Source of the DNA: Macrostomum lignano
Taxonomy: Eukaryota
Assembly (NCBI GenBank): GCA_002269645.1
Contig: NIVC01000628.1
Coordinates: 386,814-450,813, forward strand
DNA length: 64,000 bases
Reading direction: 5' to 3'
The position numbers were made by a program, and so were the translations under genes. Positions 53,205-64,000 of this stretch are shown in pieces. The notes under the pieces were generated by a model, which ran no database searches, was not told the DNA's origin, and was given only the letters and a program-made list of their open reading frames with translations. How positions within the stretch are numbered: the first letter of the stretch is position 1; each line of letters opens with the position of its first letter.

Positions 53205-55722
53205 TGCTAAACTATTGAGTAGTAACTATAGAGACATTGACTCCCTGCGATAATTTTATAATTATATAGTTCGTAATGCGACGATACAGCTGTTTTCTAT
53301 CTACTAATTTTTTTTTACTAAACTCTAAAACACTTGGCTTGCCTCCATAGCTTAATAATTTCATGTTCGCTTGTTGTTACAGTCTACTTATTTTATGTGT
53401 AAACTCTTGACATTTGTTTTTATAAACAGCAGTTCTGTGAGAGTTTTTTATGTTAGCAAGGTCCAATTAATTCTCAATACAGTTGGTGTCCGTTGCGCAA
53501 GGTACTTCAGTATGTGTCATGTCCATTGCTGTGTCGTTTCTCTTAGGATTTTAGCTTCCTGCTAGACTAACAGAAATACACGTGCGTTTATTGAAAATAG
53601 TTTAGTCATTTACTATATGTTTATTATAATTAATGGTTGCTCGCATGTCTTAGTCTTTACTGGGTTTTTCGTAACTCGATCCGGTTCACGGAAAGCCCAA
53701 GTCCCGGTCGTGTTTAATCTCTTGCTTTTGTAATAATACAGTACAGGTATTACATGTAACATAAATGACATATATATATGTCAGTTTATGAAATATCACG
53801 TTCTTAACTTAAATCTGCTTTGTTTGAATAGGCGTGTTGTAATATCATTACTCTTGTATAAACATAGGATTAGAGATTCTACAACAAATTTTTGCTCCGG
53901 AAGTTCAGCTCATTCTATTCATATATATGTATTTGGAAACCCATGCGAAATTTGTTGATTGTATATTAAGAGTAGCACTCGAGTAGAGAAACTTCAATGC
54001 ATGCAAACTGCTCAATGCAAAACCATACCTTTTTGTTCGTAAATGTAAAAAAATATACTCGCAACTCGATTTTCGAACTTGGGTGTGTACGTTAATTAGC
54101 CCATTTTCTCAAATAAAATCCATGAGTCTTGGAATTACTTTTTATCATGCGTATGAAAAAAGTTATGTATTTTTTTATCAAATCAATAGCGCTCATAAGT
54201 CATTTTTATATTGCAATACATTTATTTGACTATTGTGCGAATACTTAAACTGGATCAAGACATAAAAAATTTGACGGGGCTTGGGGTATAGTTTTAAGTG
54301 AAGTCTCAATTACTTTCAACCTATATTTAACAAAAACTCACTTGTATATTTAAAAAACTATTTGTTTCTAAATAGATTTGAGTTTTTAATGTCTTTTGTT
54401 AAAATACATGCTTCCAGCTTCAACACAGGATTTTGATTTTACATTCCGAATTCTTTTTAACGAAATTACAATCGTTGTGTGTAAAAAACGCAACAAATTT
54501 CAGGATTTTAACCACAAAAAATTATTTAGCAACGATTGATCTCCATGTTAGAAAATAAAATTAACCAATTAGCCTTTTCACTTAAGTATATTACTTGATA
54601 CTTTCTGATAGAATCTGCTTTGAGTTTGATTTCCTATTTTTTATATGGGACAGAAAATTACCTTATGCAGTATTTTTAAAACGCATTGTATTTTTTTAGA
54701 TAAGTTTAAGCATATGTGACTCGTTTTATCATGTACAATATGTTTACCTTAAGTTGAGGAACAAAGTCTACCTGTCTTTATTTACCTTACCAGTCTACCA
54801 GTCTCTAGCTATACAGTCTACCAAACCAAACTAAAACTTATTCTGGTTGAAAAGGGTTACTTTAATTGCTAAATACTGCAGAGGTATCCTAATTATTAAT
54901 TTGCTTTGCATAAAAATGATTTTTTAATTAACATTTTGAACAATTTTAAGCACTATTTTTGACAATTAGGGGTTGGGATACATAAGCAGTAATTTTGTTT
55001 ATCTGTGACTGTGCATGCCTTTGTTTGGCAATGGCATTCAACATTTTATATATTGTTTTGATGAGAATGCTTTGTGACATAATTAGGTCTAGAAATATTT
55101 AGCATCAGATCTTCAAATGGAGTTTAGTTTATTTAGTATATAATACTCTTAGATGTATTTTTCAATACAAGGTCAAGGATAATGACAACTCAGCAGTTTT
55201 AGTGCAACCAGAAATTTGTTGAGGGAGGGGTGGGCAGATTCTGGAAGGTAAACCCTGGGAAGGGGGGCAGATGGGTGGCTCTGTTTTTGGCAAAAATTCG
55301 CTTGGTAGCAAAAATGGTAGCAGATTTTGGTAGCAGGTAGCATGGTAGCAGGTAGCAAAATTATGCATTCTAGTGCAATATTGCAATAGTGCAATACACA
55401 TACTTGTATAAGCTAATTTACAGATTTAATTTGTTTTTACTTTTTTCCTTTAATGAAATATATTTAGATACTTCTGGTTTCATCTATTATACTCAAATTT
55501 ACGATTCCTAGACACCTCAGAAGTTAAGGTATATGCTTCAGTTCAGAAAAATGATATAACCATTTCATTTTTAACCATTTAAACACAAATTGTTACCAAA
55601 AAATCTATGGCGGTTCAAGAGTACGATCAAAATAGGGCCTGCCTCAATATAGCATGCATAACATTTTCGTAACAACTGTATTCCTCATCAAAATTGATGC
55701 ATGCCTCCTCTGCAGCCGACTA

Positions 55723-56133
55723 ATGTTTGATGTCGCTAATCCAGAGAGCGCCATGGTTACCGTGGCAACCTCATCCGATCCCAACCATCGGCCAGACTTT
55801 ATTTTAACCGACGATCCCAAAGAATTCTGGATGTCAACGGGCCTCTTCCCGCAGGAGTTCGTCATCAGCTTCAACTCGCAGATGGAGATCAGCAGCATTA
55901 GTCTGTCGCACGTGAATATCCAACACATGGAAGTGTTCATGTGCCCCAATCAGGACGGCGAGAACTTTGATCCCCTGTGCGAGGAGGATCTTGACCAGGC
56001 TGAGGGCAGCTTCAACACGGCCAGCATTCCTTTGAAAAAGAAAATTAACGTCTGGCACCTGCGGTTTCTAATCACCTCGGCTAGCGATCATTTTGTTGCC
56101 GTGCAAAAAGTGAAAGTTGAGGGTCGAGCCTAA
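55723..56133 (+). CDS. HSPB11: Intraflagellar transport protein 25 (IFT25/HSPB11), 136 aa, intronless CDS
   Basis: MFDVANPESAMVTVATSSDPNHRPDFIL....EFWMSTGLFPQEFVISF...HLRFLITSASDHFVAVQKVKVEG matches IFT25 motifs (ATSSD..H P, FW.TTG.FPQEF.I.F, LRF.I.SA.DHF). Acceptor CTCTGCAG lies 7 nt upstream of the ATG. Confidence 0.93.
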   Translation: MFDVANPESAMVTVATSSDPNHRPDFILTDDPKEFWMSTGLFPQEFVISFNSQMEISSISLSHVNIQHMEVFMCPNQDGENFDPLCEEDLDQAEGSFNTASIPLKKKINVWHLRFLITSASDHFVAVQKVKVEGRA

Positions 56134-56663
56134 ACTAATTGGGTAACGCACCTGTTCTCAAAGTCTAGGGATTGAAGGGAATCTAAAAATTTCCACGAGG
56201 AATACAGGCAAAATATTTTGATGATCCTGCGTTTTCGTTTGTTTAATTCCAATTTAAATTGGCGCCAATAAGTTAAGACTTTGTTAAACGACCATAAAAT
56301 GACTTAAAAACATTAAAAAATAGTCTTAGCAACTTTAAATCTTAGTTTTAAAGCTAAAATCAAGGATTTTGTGTGTTAAAAGAATAATTTTTAATGGTTA
56401 AACGCGTTTAACAATGCGGCCATCCATTCGGCGCGAATTTAAATTAAAAGTAGAATTTTTTTGAACAAAATGCAGGACTGCCAAAGTGTCATTTATTGTT
56501 GATAAAAAGTCAATTAATTGTTCATCGGCAGCTTTCAGCTAGTCGCAGGTGAATTTTGCAATTGAGACTGGCTTCGATTGATTACGTAACAGTGGGAACA
56601 CCAAGTTGATCATTTTTCCGCACGTCGAACTACCAAGTGGGGATTCTGCCGGAACTAAGACAC

Positions 56664-57104
56664 GCAGGCACACGAAATTCATGAGCACGTGCTAATTTTT
56701 TGTTGTGCTCCTTTTTTCCAACAAGAATCAAGTCGCCAGCCCACTGGGGGGCGTCGAGATATTCAACAATTCTACCAGAATTCTACCAGCGGCCTTGCCA
56801 GGCCTCCAAATTTCATCAGCACGTCGAACACATTTGCCTGCATCAGCTCTGACTTCGTTGGTCACTGGCCTTCACCCAGGAGGAACTTCTGGGTCATCAA
56901 CAAGTGCCTTCATCAGAGCTGAGATACGAGCACATGTGATCGACGTGCTGATGAGATTTTGAGGCTTGGCAAGGCTGGGACTGGGACCTTCTGGCAGAAT
57001 TGTTGAATATCTCGAATGTTCTGGCTCGCTGACGATTTCATTATTGTTTGAGAAGGTGCGCAACAGAACTTTAGCATGTGTACTTTCGAATTTCGTGTGC
57101 CTGC
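56664..57104. repeat. ~440-bp imperfect palindrome (foldback MITE-like)
   Basis: Arms 56664-56852 and 56913-57104 are reverse complements, e.g. TCGAGATATTCAACAATTCT/AGAATTGTTGAATATCTCGA and CATCAGCACGTCGA/TCGACGTGCTGATG. Confidence 0.88.
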
Positions 57105-59330
57105 ACCAAAAAATTGTAAGGGATATTTCCCCTTGAGCCAACTCAGGCTGGTTCAGGTGTCAGTTTGGAAAATATGCGACAGACTACTGACGCTCGTGTG
57201 CGAATCTTCATGTATGCCTGAATTATCTGTGAAAATGAGCAACCCAAAAATATAAGTGTGTACGTGCAGCATACGCCTAAATTTTATCCGTCCTTTTTGT
57301 GTCATTTTGTAAAAATATTATACCTTTTGTTTGTTTCTGTGATAACTTTATTAACTGAGGCAACAGTGTTGAATTGTAGGTGCTCGCTTGAGAGCTAGGC
57401 TGACAATATTTATTAGTTATAGCAATGAGGTGGTGGGTGCAGACAGATGCACGGCGCATGGGGTGGGGTTGAATAGAATTCACTAAGTCGGTAAATAACA
57501 AACGCCACTGCTAGTGAGTCAACGAGTATGAGTACACACAAACTATTTGAAAGTCCATCGTGTCACTATATCACAGTTTCAAAAGGCTTTATACTTTTAA
57601 TTGAAGATTTTCTCTCTGCTATTCATTTTGTTTTTATAGAGAAATTCTGACGTGTAAATGTACATGTACCAGCATATGACGTACAGCACTACATGTATAT
57701 GTACTGCGTAACGATAGTGCGCTTACAAGACAAGGACTACTAGACTATATAACGAAGTGTTCCAGTGGTCCTTTGTTACAAGATTGAAGATGCATGGCTG
57801 ACGCACGAGGTGTAATCATATTTGAATCAGTTATCATGTTCACTTACTATAGACTCAGTAAACTGTGTACGTTTTGCTTCTTAAGGAGAAGGCCAATCAA
57901 CATAGGCAAAAATGCTGCAAAGATGCAACAATCATATTCAAATACATGTAGAAGATTATACGTACATGCTCCATGCTAACTAATGTCCAATGCCAAGGGT
58001 CTCTCCTTGCTTGATTGTTGATCGTAATTGCACCGAAGGCTTCATCATTGCGACTTCGCGATCTTTAATTGCAGGGTAATATAGCTCGTATACACGGCCG
58101 CGCCACCATGCAGATTGTCATGGCTGCAAGCGCACATGTATGTCAAGTTTTGGACATGCTTGCAGTAAAATCACATGTGTTTGATGTAGGCACGCCCTGG
58201 GCCTCCCCAGCACTAATATTATTTTTGCACACCTCCCCAGCTTCCTCCCTGCGATCCGGGTGTACTCTGTCCATTATTTTAAAGTACATTATGGACATGT
58301 ATAATTGTAGTGGAACATGGAAAATGTAAACATGCATGTCAGATAGTTTTATTTCATACATAAATTGCCAAGAATCTCGATCAGATGGTAGTATAAAAAG
58401 AAACGAATAATTACTTTAGCAGCAGAACTATATTGTGCTTTATAAACCCAATTATAATAAGCGTTACTTCACCTTTGCTCCTTAGAGATTGCTTAAGAAG
58501 CTCCAATGCCGTATTAGGTTCCAATGCCGTATCACTGGCTTCTTATTAATGTCTAATTGATTGAAGATGGAAATATACTAGTACATATATCTTTAAACGC
58601 AACGCTAAGAAAATAGCAAAGAAAATTTATGACAAATATATGTAAACTGCTGCTGTATAAAAACAGCTGTTTATTTTCTTTTGATATATCTGAAATAAAT
58701 GTTCTAGAAGTTCTTGTGGCATTCGGTTTAAGTAATTTGATTTGTTAAAATGGACAAAGGTTCATGCTACTTTCCTGGAAAAACTTTAAACACCTCTTCC
58801 TTCGCATAAACGATATCTACACCTGAAAATATATTTTTACATTCACGAAATACGAAGTCTGAAGTTCCTCAGTTTATTATACAATATTATCAATAAAAAA
58901 TAAAACAATTGCTTAAAATGTCTGCTAGCTTGAAAGTTCTTGCAAAAGGCCCATGCTTTAGCTCTGGACTTTTTAAGCACAAGATTCTGCGACTTGTTTC
59001 TCCAACTGTAGTTGCTCGAAGTGCCTCGTGTAAGTATTTTATTTTCATAATCCCTGCTGCTAGATCGTTCATCAAGTTTCAAATGGCCTATCTATCGTTT
59101 GTAATGTTAGATAGGAAAGAGAACATAAAAATTATTTGAAACACATACAGGCCTAGACCCTAGTCATAATTACATTAAGCTACTGTGTTGATATATCTAA
59201 TTCTAGATTCTTCAGACTTCATTCTACTTCACTTTCTAATTACCAAGCTCTGTGTAGCCCCCAAATTTTAGACACTAAAATAGTGCGGTAGTGTCTAAGT
59301 AGTGTCTAGGTTATCTATATTGTTCAAGTG

Positions 59331-59923
59331 CCAGGATGGAATTCGGTTATCTTCAAGTTCGTTCGTTTAATTCCAACACCCACCCCCCACCACCCTTGAA
59401 TAGAGGCGAAATAATTCCGGAAATAATTAAACGAACGAAACTTGAAGATTGCCTGGAATTCTTGCACAAAAATTGCAACACATTTTTGCATTCGGGAAAA
59501 AAAATTGCAAAAAATTGTGCAACGCAAAAAAAATGTGCACCTGTACAGGCTGCAAAAAATGCAACAAAAATTGTGAATTTTTTGCGATTGTTTGCACAGT
59601 TTAAATTACTGACTTTACTATTTTTAATCTAGAATTACTACAAAAATGTAACATTTATAGTTCATTATTTATGAACTGTTCAAATTTAAAATTCTCTACT
59701 TAAAAAACAAAGATAATCAGTTTAATATTTATTGTAACAAGTCATCAAAAATGCAAGAATAAGACTATCGCAAAACATTATTTTGACAATTGGTAATGCT
59801 AAAAATTGTGCGACTAAATTTTGTTTAGGATTGTAAAATTGCGTTTGGTTTAATATGGAATTGCGCACCAAAAAAAGTTGCAATTTTCTGTTTTATATGC
59901 CAGATGCAAGAATTCCATGCTGG
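59331..59923. mobile_element. hAT MITE
   Basis: TIR CCAGGATGGAATTC/GAATTCCATGCTGG and a perfect 8-bp TSD TTCAAGTG. Confidence 0.85.
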
Positions 59924-60011
59924 TTCAAGTGTAAACTATGATAAATTGACTATTTATTAATAGGCCTATAGGCCTACTTCTTCACTGGTATATATGTATC
60001 TTTGAGACAGG

Positions 60012-60369
60012 GGGGGCCGTAGCCCAGGGGTAGCGCAGCTGCTCTGGTGTGCCGACCCAGGCTCGATTCCAAGTGCAGCCACATTAATTTGGGGCTGGAT
60101 TGGAATCTTGGCTTGGCTCGCTTGTGCAATTAACGGCCTTGAGAGCCAACCCCCCCCCCCAAGGCGCAGTGAAGTGTACATGCCTAACAATTGATAAAGT
60201 TAGGGCCGCTGTACACTCCTGTGTGAGTGTGTGCCTGCGTAACGTATCCGCGCGCTTGTATGCCTGCTCAAGGGAGTCGGCGGAATGGCAGTAATGCCTC
60301 TCGCCGGTTGTGTGCCAATGACGCTTAAATTGCGCCAGGGTGCACACAACCCCCCTGCCTCTAATAAAA
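60012..60369 (+). mobile_element. tRNA-derived SINE, family B, copy 2
   Basis: A/B-box head, tail CCTCTAATAAAAA and a 14-bp TSD ATCTTTGAGACAGG. Confidence 0.92.
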
Positions 60370-60380
60370 ATCTTTGAGAC

Positions 60381-62653
60381 AGGAACCAGGTAATTTGGCG
60401 ACAGGTTGACTTGGCGACAGGCAATTCAGCAACAAGTCAATTCAGCAACAGTCAGTTTGGCCACATACAACCAAGGAGTGGTTAAAACAGAGGGGCAGTT
60501 AAGTTGTCATCCATTGTGTTGTGTTTTCATGTTAAATAAGCCAAAGTGGTAAGCCTCACATACCACACATATAGCTCGTACATATACTATGCTTTTCCTG
60601 GTGTGTTACATATGCTTATAGTAAAACAAATGTTGAGACCCTAAGAACAATTGTTGAACAGACTATCAAAAATCCTGGTTGAATTGTGTATTTTGTAATG
60701 ATCGTGAATTACATATACATGTGTACATGTACTTCTCTAATCACGTAGAGGTGCTTTCACAAGGTCGAAATTTCACAACATTGAAAACTCTAGCAGAAGA
60801 CTTCATAAGGTCGAAATTTCACAACATCAAAAACTCTAGCAGAAGACTTAATAATTGTAAGCCTTCAAGGCTTTTCTATATCCTATTGTTGTTTAGTAGG
60901 CCTATATATGTTGTAGGTGTTTTTCTGTTTGTCACTTAGTCTAATTTATCCTAACCAGTCATTGCCAAAGTTATAGGGCTTTTTTTTCTTTTCAAAGTTT
61001 TTCTCTTTTCCCCTAAATTTATCCTACTTCTGATACCAAATTTTAGGTGCTTTTTACTGCTCTAATTCCAAAATGCTTCTCAACTATATAGCTAAACTTA
61101 CAGCTTATGTAAACTAACCCATCGTCCCAGTAGTCATAAGACACTTAGCAGAGCACTCAGCACTCCTTGACGTTGAACTACTTAAAGAAGAGGTGATTAA
61201 AAACATCTGAAACAAAGCTATTAAAACAAAAAAATAATAATATAAACATTAACACAATAAAGACTTTATTTTTCTACATTGTAAAATTTTGATATTTTCA
61301 TACTTGAAGCTGTTAAATTCTCAGTTTTTACATTGTAAAATTTTGATCTTATGAAAGTGGCTGCTATTTGAGTTTTTGACCTTGTGAAATTTCGACCTTA
61401 TGAAGTCTCTTGCTAAAGTTTTCAATGTTGTGAAATTTCGATCTTGTGAAATTTCGACCTTATGAAGTCTCTTGCTAAAGTTTTCAATGTTGTGAAATTT
61501 CTACCTTATGAAAGTGGCTGCTTTTCAAGTTTTCAATGTTGTGAAATTTGACCTTGTGAAATTTCGACCTTATGAAAGTGGCTGCTTTTCGAGTTTTCGA
61601 TGTTGTGAAATTTTGACCTTGTGAAATTTCTACCTTGTGAAAGTGGCTGCTTTTCGAGTTTTCAATGTTGTGAAATTTTGACCTTGTGAAATTTCGACCT
61701 TATGAAGTCTCTTGCTAAAGTTTTCAATGTTGTGAAATTTTGACCTTGTGAAATTTCGACCTTATGAAAGTGGCTGCTTTTCGAGTTTTTGATGTTATGA
61801 AATTTTGACCTTGTGAAATTTCAACCTTATGAAAGAGTGTGCTTTCAACATTGTGAAATTTCGAGTTTGTGAAACCCCCCCCATCACGTAAACTACGTCA
61901 ACTTATATGGTTGATTGCCTTTGACACGGTTGTCCCTACTCCGTTGGGACCAGTGGCAGATTTAAAGGGGGGAGGTGCACAGGGCGCGCACCCCCATTGA
62001 GTCTGATTTTATTTATTTTTTATATGCTAAATATGCAATATCGTGTACATATACATGTACATAATATACACTTATAAGTACCTTTAGTAATCTGCATGTC
62101 CCCCCATTCAAAATTTTCTGGATCCATATGTACCTGGTCTGGACAAGTCTAAGACTGCTAAGGGGGCATATGCATGCACCTCTTTGAAAACGTGTTATTC
62201 GGCATGATTAAAACAAAATATTACCTTATTTTGTAGACCATGTCACTGCAGAAGAAAGATTAAGGCTCTGAAAGAGCCCGTTGCTTCTATATATTTAGCA
62301 AGCAACGAAGACCCTTGAGGGTCTCATACACTGTTACGCAAAGCAAAAGGGGCAAAGGGAAAAGGAAGGAATGAACAAGCAAGCACTGGGTGACGCATCA
62401 AAACAAAGAAAATTCCTACCCCACTTCCCCCTCAACCCCTCTCACACAACACAACTACACTGTATATAATTACACCTTACTTGAATGGCAAGGACTATAT
62501 AATGACTATATGAGTAATGCAATATTTTAAATTTTAACGAGTGTTGTATATAGCTTTCTTTAACCTTCAGCATTCACCAAATTGCCTTTCGCGGAACTGA
62601 CTTGTTGCCGAAGTTGTCGCTGAATTAGCTTGTCGCTGAATTAACTGGAAGCC
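60381..62653. mobile_element. MULE-like element with GCGAC subterminal repeats, hosting nested insertions
   Basis: Ends AGGAACCAGGTAATTTGGCGAC/GTCGCTGAATTAACTGGAAGCC; 9-bp TSD CTTTGAGAC/CTTTAAGAC. Confidence 0.6.
60748..61881. mobile_element. MULE-like foldback element with AAATTTCACAAGGTC repeats (relative of 43314-44222)
   Basis: Ends GAGGTGCTTTCACAA/TTGTGAAACCCCCCC; 9-bp TSD AATCACGTA/CATCACGTA. Confidence 0.75.
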
Positions 62654-64000
62654 CTTTAAGACTAGCTATCATTTACTTTTGTTGCTTTTTAAATTATTTT
62701 CTTAAAAATTTGCAATTCAAAAGTATGCAGACCATAGTGCAGAAGGATGTCCATGTATGACAGAATATAAATTAAAATTTTGGCTTGTTGTACGACAGTA
62801 CAACATTGATTGAAAAATGTTACCACTGGTGTACGATAAGAAAAAAATGCGAACATAAAAATAAATAATTTAAATATATTCTAATTTTTTAGAAAGTGCA
62901 AAGTAAAACAACAATTATGTTGTTATTTACTGACTGCATACAATGCACATCAGTTAGAAAGACAAAACAAATATGAAAGTTTTCTTACGCATGAATTTTT
63001 TAATTTTTTTTCGTTGGCAACAGTGCCATGGTGAATGAGTTTTAAATATGAAAATGACTTATAGCTGTACAGTTAACAGAAAAAATACTTTGCTATGTAT
63101 GACTCATGTATGACTACAATAGTATAAAATATAGCACCCCCAAAAAAAGTGATGTACGATATGTATGACAGTTGATCCTTGTCTACAACAGAAATTTCTA
63201 TCATATACCCATACTTCTGCACTATGGTATGCAAAGTGATGTAGGCCTAGCTTAAAAGATTTGTTTCTAACTCTAGCATAAAGTCTAAGACTAAAGAGTC
63301 TAGATCCTGCTGGGTATATGCCCAAACAAAAATTAAATTGTTACTAATACATGTCAAAATTTCAATATACACCTATATTCAAATTCTAGGCTAGTAATAT
63401 AACAATAAATGATCTTTTTTGCATTGTGTAAAAGACCTTTTTTGGCTAATAATTTGGTTGTTTTTGGTTATACATAGTTTAGCTAATAACTTTCTTGCCT
63501 ATACTATTTCCAGCAAAAAACAATATATATAAACATTTTTTAAATGCTTTATTACACCTTAGAAACCTAAAAGCTAAAAATTTATGTTTCAAAATGAGCT
63601 TTTCTATCTTTTTTCCATTTAACATTAACTCTTCTATATGATTAGAAAAAATATGGTTAATTTTTTACTAAATCATAAAATGTTTTCTATAACTTTTTTG
63701 TTTTACTTTTAACTTTTTAGAAAAGTTAAACATGATTTTTTAAATTTAGTTTTTCATTTTTTTTAATCAAAACTTTGCTATTCTAACTATATACATTGTC
63801 ATAAAGAATATTGCAAGCTTGAACTTAATCATTTTTTGTACACTAACTGTGTATATTCTTTGGGACTTAGAACTTTGGTCCCATCTGCTATCTTGGTGAT
63901 CTCTATATGCTAAGCTAATACTAAGAAGGTATGCTAAGTATACTATATAAAAGATATACTAAGAAGGCATACTAGGCCCCTCTGTATACCAAGTTATACA

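Noticed and set aside
57950-59140. Short minus-strand ORFs (58143-58361, 58843-59082, 58890-59075)
   Set aside because: Interrupted by stops with no recognisable motif; possibly an old TE remnant but not supportable.

Overview
Eukaryotic (animal) genomic DNA with GT-AG introns, GC3-rich exons, AT-rich spacers and many tandem repeats and transposon remnants. The actin N-terminus (MAEEEIAAL), the presence of IFT25 and the minisatellite-filled introns suggest a free-living flatworm such as Macrostomum; this is inference. Exon structures were reconstructed by hand with phase checks. Plus strand: the 3' end of an unidentified gene, actin (2 exons, twin CArG promoter), PFKFB (8 exons) and IFT25/HSPB11. 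Minus strand: a co-oriented run of SAFB/SLTM-like, SRSF7-like, FTSJ1/TRM7 and UNC119. Mobile DNA includes a decayed RNase H-bearing LINE with nested LTRs, two tRNA-derived SINE families, hAT, CMC/EnSpm-like, MULE-like and mariner elements with readable TIRs and TSDs, and a Penelope-like remnant with an intact minimal hammerhead ribozyme. The best leads are the hammerhead, a possible FTSJ1 C-terminal fusion or hidden downstream gene, possible trans-splicing or operon organisation, a 14-copy GTCACGTGAC array in a PFKFB intron, and substitutions in the PFKFB kinase site. No database searches were run; family assignments rest on recalled motifs.
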